Below are positions 38,541-40,671 of a stretch of DNA of 40,671 nucleotides, one piece after another. The translations under genes were made by a program, and so were the position numbers. This DNA comes from Propionibacteriaceae bacterium (GTDB lineage: Bacteria; Actinomycetota; Actinomycetes; Propionibacteriales; Propionibacteriaceae): positions 1 to 40,671 of the forward strand of contig DASSQF010000150.1 of assembly GCA_035702685.1 (NCBI GenBank), given 5' to 3'. The notes under the pieces are model-generated. The model was not told the DNA's origin, searched no databases, and saw nothing but the letters and a program-made list of their open reading frames with translations. Positions within the stretch are counted from its first letter, which is position 1. Each line of letters opens with the position of its first letter.

Positions 38541-39770
38541 TCAGAGAGCGGAGTCCTTGCGGAACTGGTCGTACGACACGTTCCAGTCCGTCCAGCCGTT
38601 GCCCTTCTCCAGGGTGCGAGTCGTGCCGGTGACGTTGATGAGGTCGCCGACGTTGCAGTTCGCGAAGAGCCAGGCTCCGTTCGCCGTGCTCACACCGATG
38701 CAGCCGTGGCTGACGTTCGCCACGCCCTGGCTCGCGACGGACCAGGGGGCGGCGTGCACGAACTCGCCCGAGTCGGTCTCCCGCATCGCGTACTGCACGT
38801 TCGAGAGGTTGTAGTAGTCCGGGCTGTTCTTGTCGATGCCCACGGTCTCGGAGTTCATCTGCAGGGAGGCGAACTTCTCCTTGAGGACCTTCTTGCCGCT
38901 CCGGGAGACGAAGCCCGGCTTCCCGCCCGTGATCGGGATGGTCTTGGCGACGGCGCCGTCGATGACGACCGTCATGACGTGGGCGGCCAGGTCTGCGTTG
39001 AGGATCACGGACCGCGCGATGGTCATCGTGCCCTTGACCGACTTCTGCCCGTACGTGCCCTTGCCGGCGGGGACCGAGTTGATGTCGACGTTGATCGTCA
39101 CCTGGGTGCCGGGCTTCCACAGGTCCTTGGGACGCCAGTGCACCTCGGTGCTCGACTGCCAGCCCCACGAGCCCTCCTGCGGGGGGTTCGAGGTGACCGT
39201 CATGTGCTTCTGGAACGCCGCGCGGTCCGTCACGGGGACGTCGAACTTCACGATGACCGGCATGGCGACGCCCACGGTGCCGCCCGAGATGATCATCGGG
39301 AAGATCTGCTGCTTGAGCGAGAGGTTCTCGGTCGAGAAGGTGGTCGTCGTCGTGGCGTCCACGCCCGTGAGGTTGTGACCGGTGACGACCACCTGGTACG
39401 TCGTGCCGGGCTCGAGCAGACTGCCGGCGGTCCACGTCGCGTTGTCCGGGGACATCGTGCCCTGGACCGTCTGCTTGCCCGACTTCGGGTCCGTGTACGT
39501 CATCGCGACGTCCGTGATGGAGCCCTTGTCGGCGGTGACCGTGAGCAGTGTGTCGACCGGGACGGTCGCGCCGTCCGCGACGCTGGTAGAGAACTTCTCG
39601 GCGTCCACGGCCGCCTGCGTGGTCCCCGTCGACGCCGACGCCGAGGAGGTTGCGGCGTTGGCCGGCTGCTCCGAGGTTGTCGCGTCAGGCGTCTTGACGG
39701 CGCATCCCGCGAGAGCGAGGGCCGACCCGACGCCGGCGAGGCCGACGACCGTGCGACGTGAGACTGGCAT
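38541..39770 (-). CDS. L,D-transpeptidase lipoprotein (YkuD domain, LdtMt2-like architecture)
   Basis: Lipoprotein signal LALAGC, a Thr/Ser-rich linker, Ig-like domains, and a catalytic YkuD domain with HAAPW...SHGCIGV. Confidence 0.88.
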   Translation of the reverse strand: MPVSRRTVVGLAGVGSALALAGCAVKTPDATTSEQPANAATSSASASTGTTQAAVDAEKFSTSVADGATVPVDTLLTVTADKGSITDVAMTYTDPKSGKQTVQGTMSPDNATWTAGSLLEPGTTYQVVVTGHNLTGVDATTTTTFSTENLSLKQQIFPMIISGGTVGVAMPVIVKFDVPVTDRAAFQKHMTVTSNPPQEGSWGWQSSTEVHWRPKDLWKPGTQVTINVDINSVPAGKGTYGQKSVKGTMTIARSVILNADLAAHVMTVVIDGAVAKTIPITGGKPGFVSRSGKKVLKEKFASLQMNSETVGIDKNSPDYYNLSNVQYAMRETDSGEFVHAAPWSVASQGVANVSHGCIGVSTANGAWLFANCNVGDLINVTGTTRTLEKGNGWTDWNVSYDQFRKDSAL

Positions 39771-39852
39771 AGGTGCTCCCGAGGGCAGGAAGGTTTCTGG
39801 CTACAAGGGTAAGGCAGGAAGCCCCAGATCCTGATGTCGAGTACGGGGACGT

Positions 39853-39886
39853 GGAACGGGCCGGCCCCGAAGGACCGGCCCGTTCC
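39853..39886 (-). terminator. Hairpin downstream of the pyrophosphatase gene
   Basis: GGAACGGGCCGG-10 nt-CCGGCCCGTTCC, a 12-bp stem 19 nt after the stop at 39905. Confidence 0.45.
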
Positions 39887-39904
39887 GACTGGCTGCCTGA
39901 CGGC

Positions 39905-40671
<767 letters not shown>

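Overview
Very GC-rich (third codon positions almost all G/C) actinobacterial chromosome segment. It consists almost entirely of tightly packed, conserved housekeeping genes. In order: end of the dcw cluster (murC fragment, ftsQ, ftsZ, pgeF, sepF, divIVA); a traR/dksA-like gene with lspA and rluD; pyk; tRNA-Leu(CAA); a pdtaR-like ANTAR response regulator; a thioesterase/phosphotransferase pair; polA with a coupled DUF2625-like gene; rpsA; coaE; uvrB; a manganese (yybP-ykoY type) riboswitch with terC; a mycothiol-type DinB-family gene; uvrA; a Tat-exported Rieske lipoprotein; uvrC-rapZ-yvcK-whiA; gap-pgk-tpiA-secG; rbpA; zwf-opcA-pgl; ctaA-ctaB; an L,D-transpeptidase; and the 3' part of a membrane H+-pyrophosphatase gene. 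I see no transposase, integrase, phage, CRISPR, toxin-antitoxin or defence-like genes, and no convincing new gene system, so this looks like an ordinary core region. The most interesting signal is regulatory. A TGTC[AG]G-N10-TAnnnT box with identical spacing sits immediately upstream of polA, uvrB, uvrA and uvrC, and of nothing else found by manual scan on either strand. It matches the RecA-independent (PafBC-type) DNA-damage promoter of actinobacteria, and in each case it is placed to give a leaderless or nearly leaderless mRNA. This also corrects the uvrA start. Several other genes (pyk, rapZ, secG, ctaA, the DinB-like gene) show TAnnnT-type hexamers 6-7 nt before the start codon (the rapZ one is GATAAT), which helps fix their starts. 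Synteny oddities are the absence of yggS/yggT from the ftsZ-divIVA block and of tkt-tal upstream of zwf. Other minor points are a 77-aa basic/His-rich tail on OpcA and a 35-nt convergent overlap of uvrA with the Rieske gene. The many long alternative-frame ORFs in the track are high-GC artefacts.
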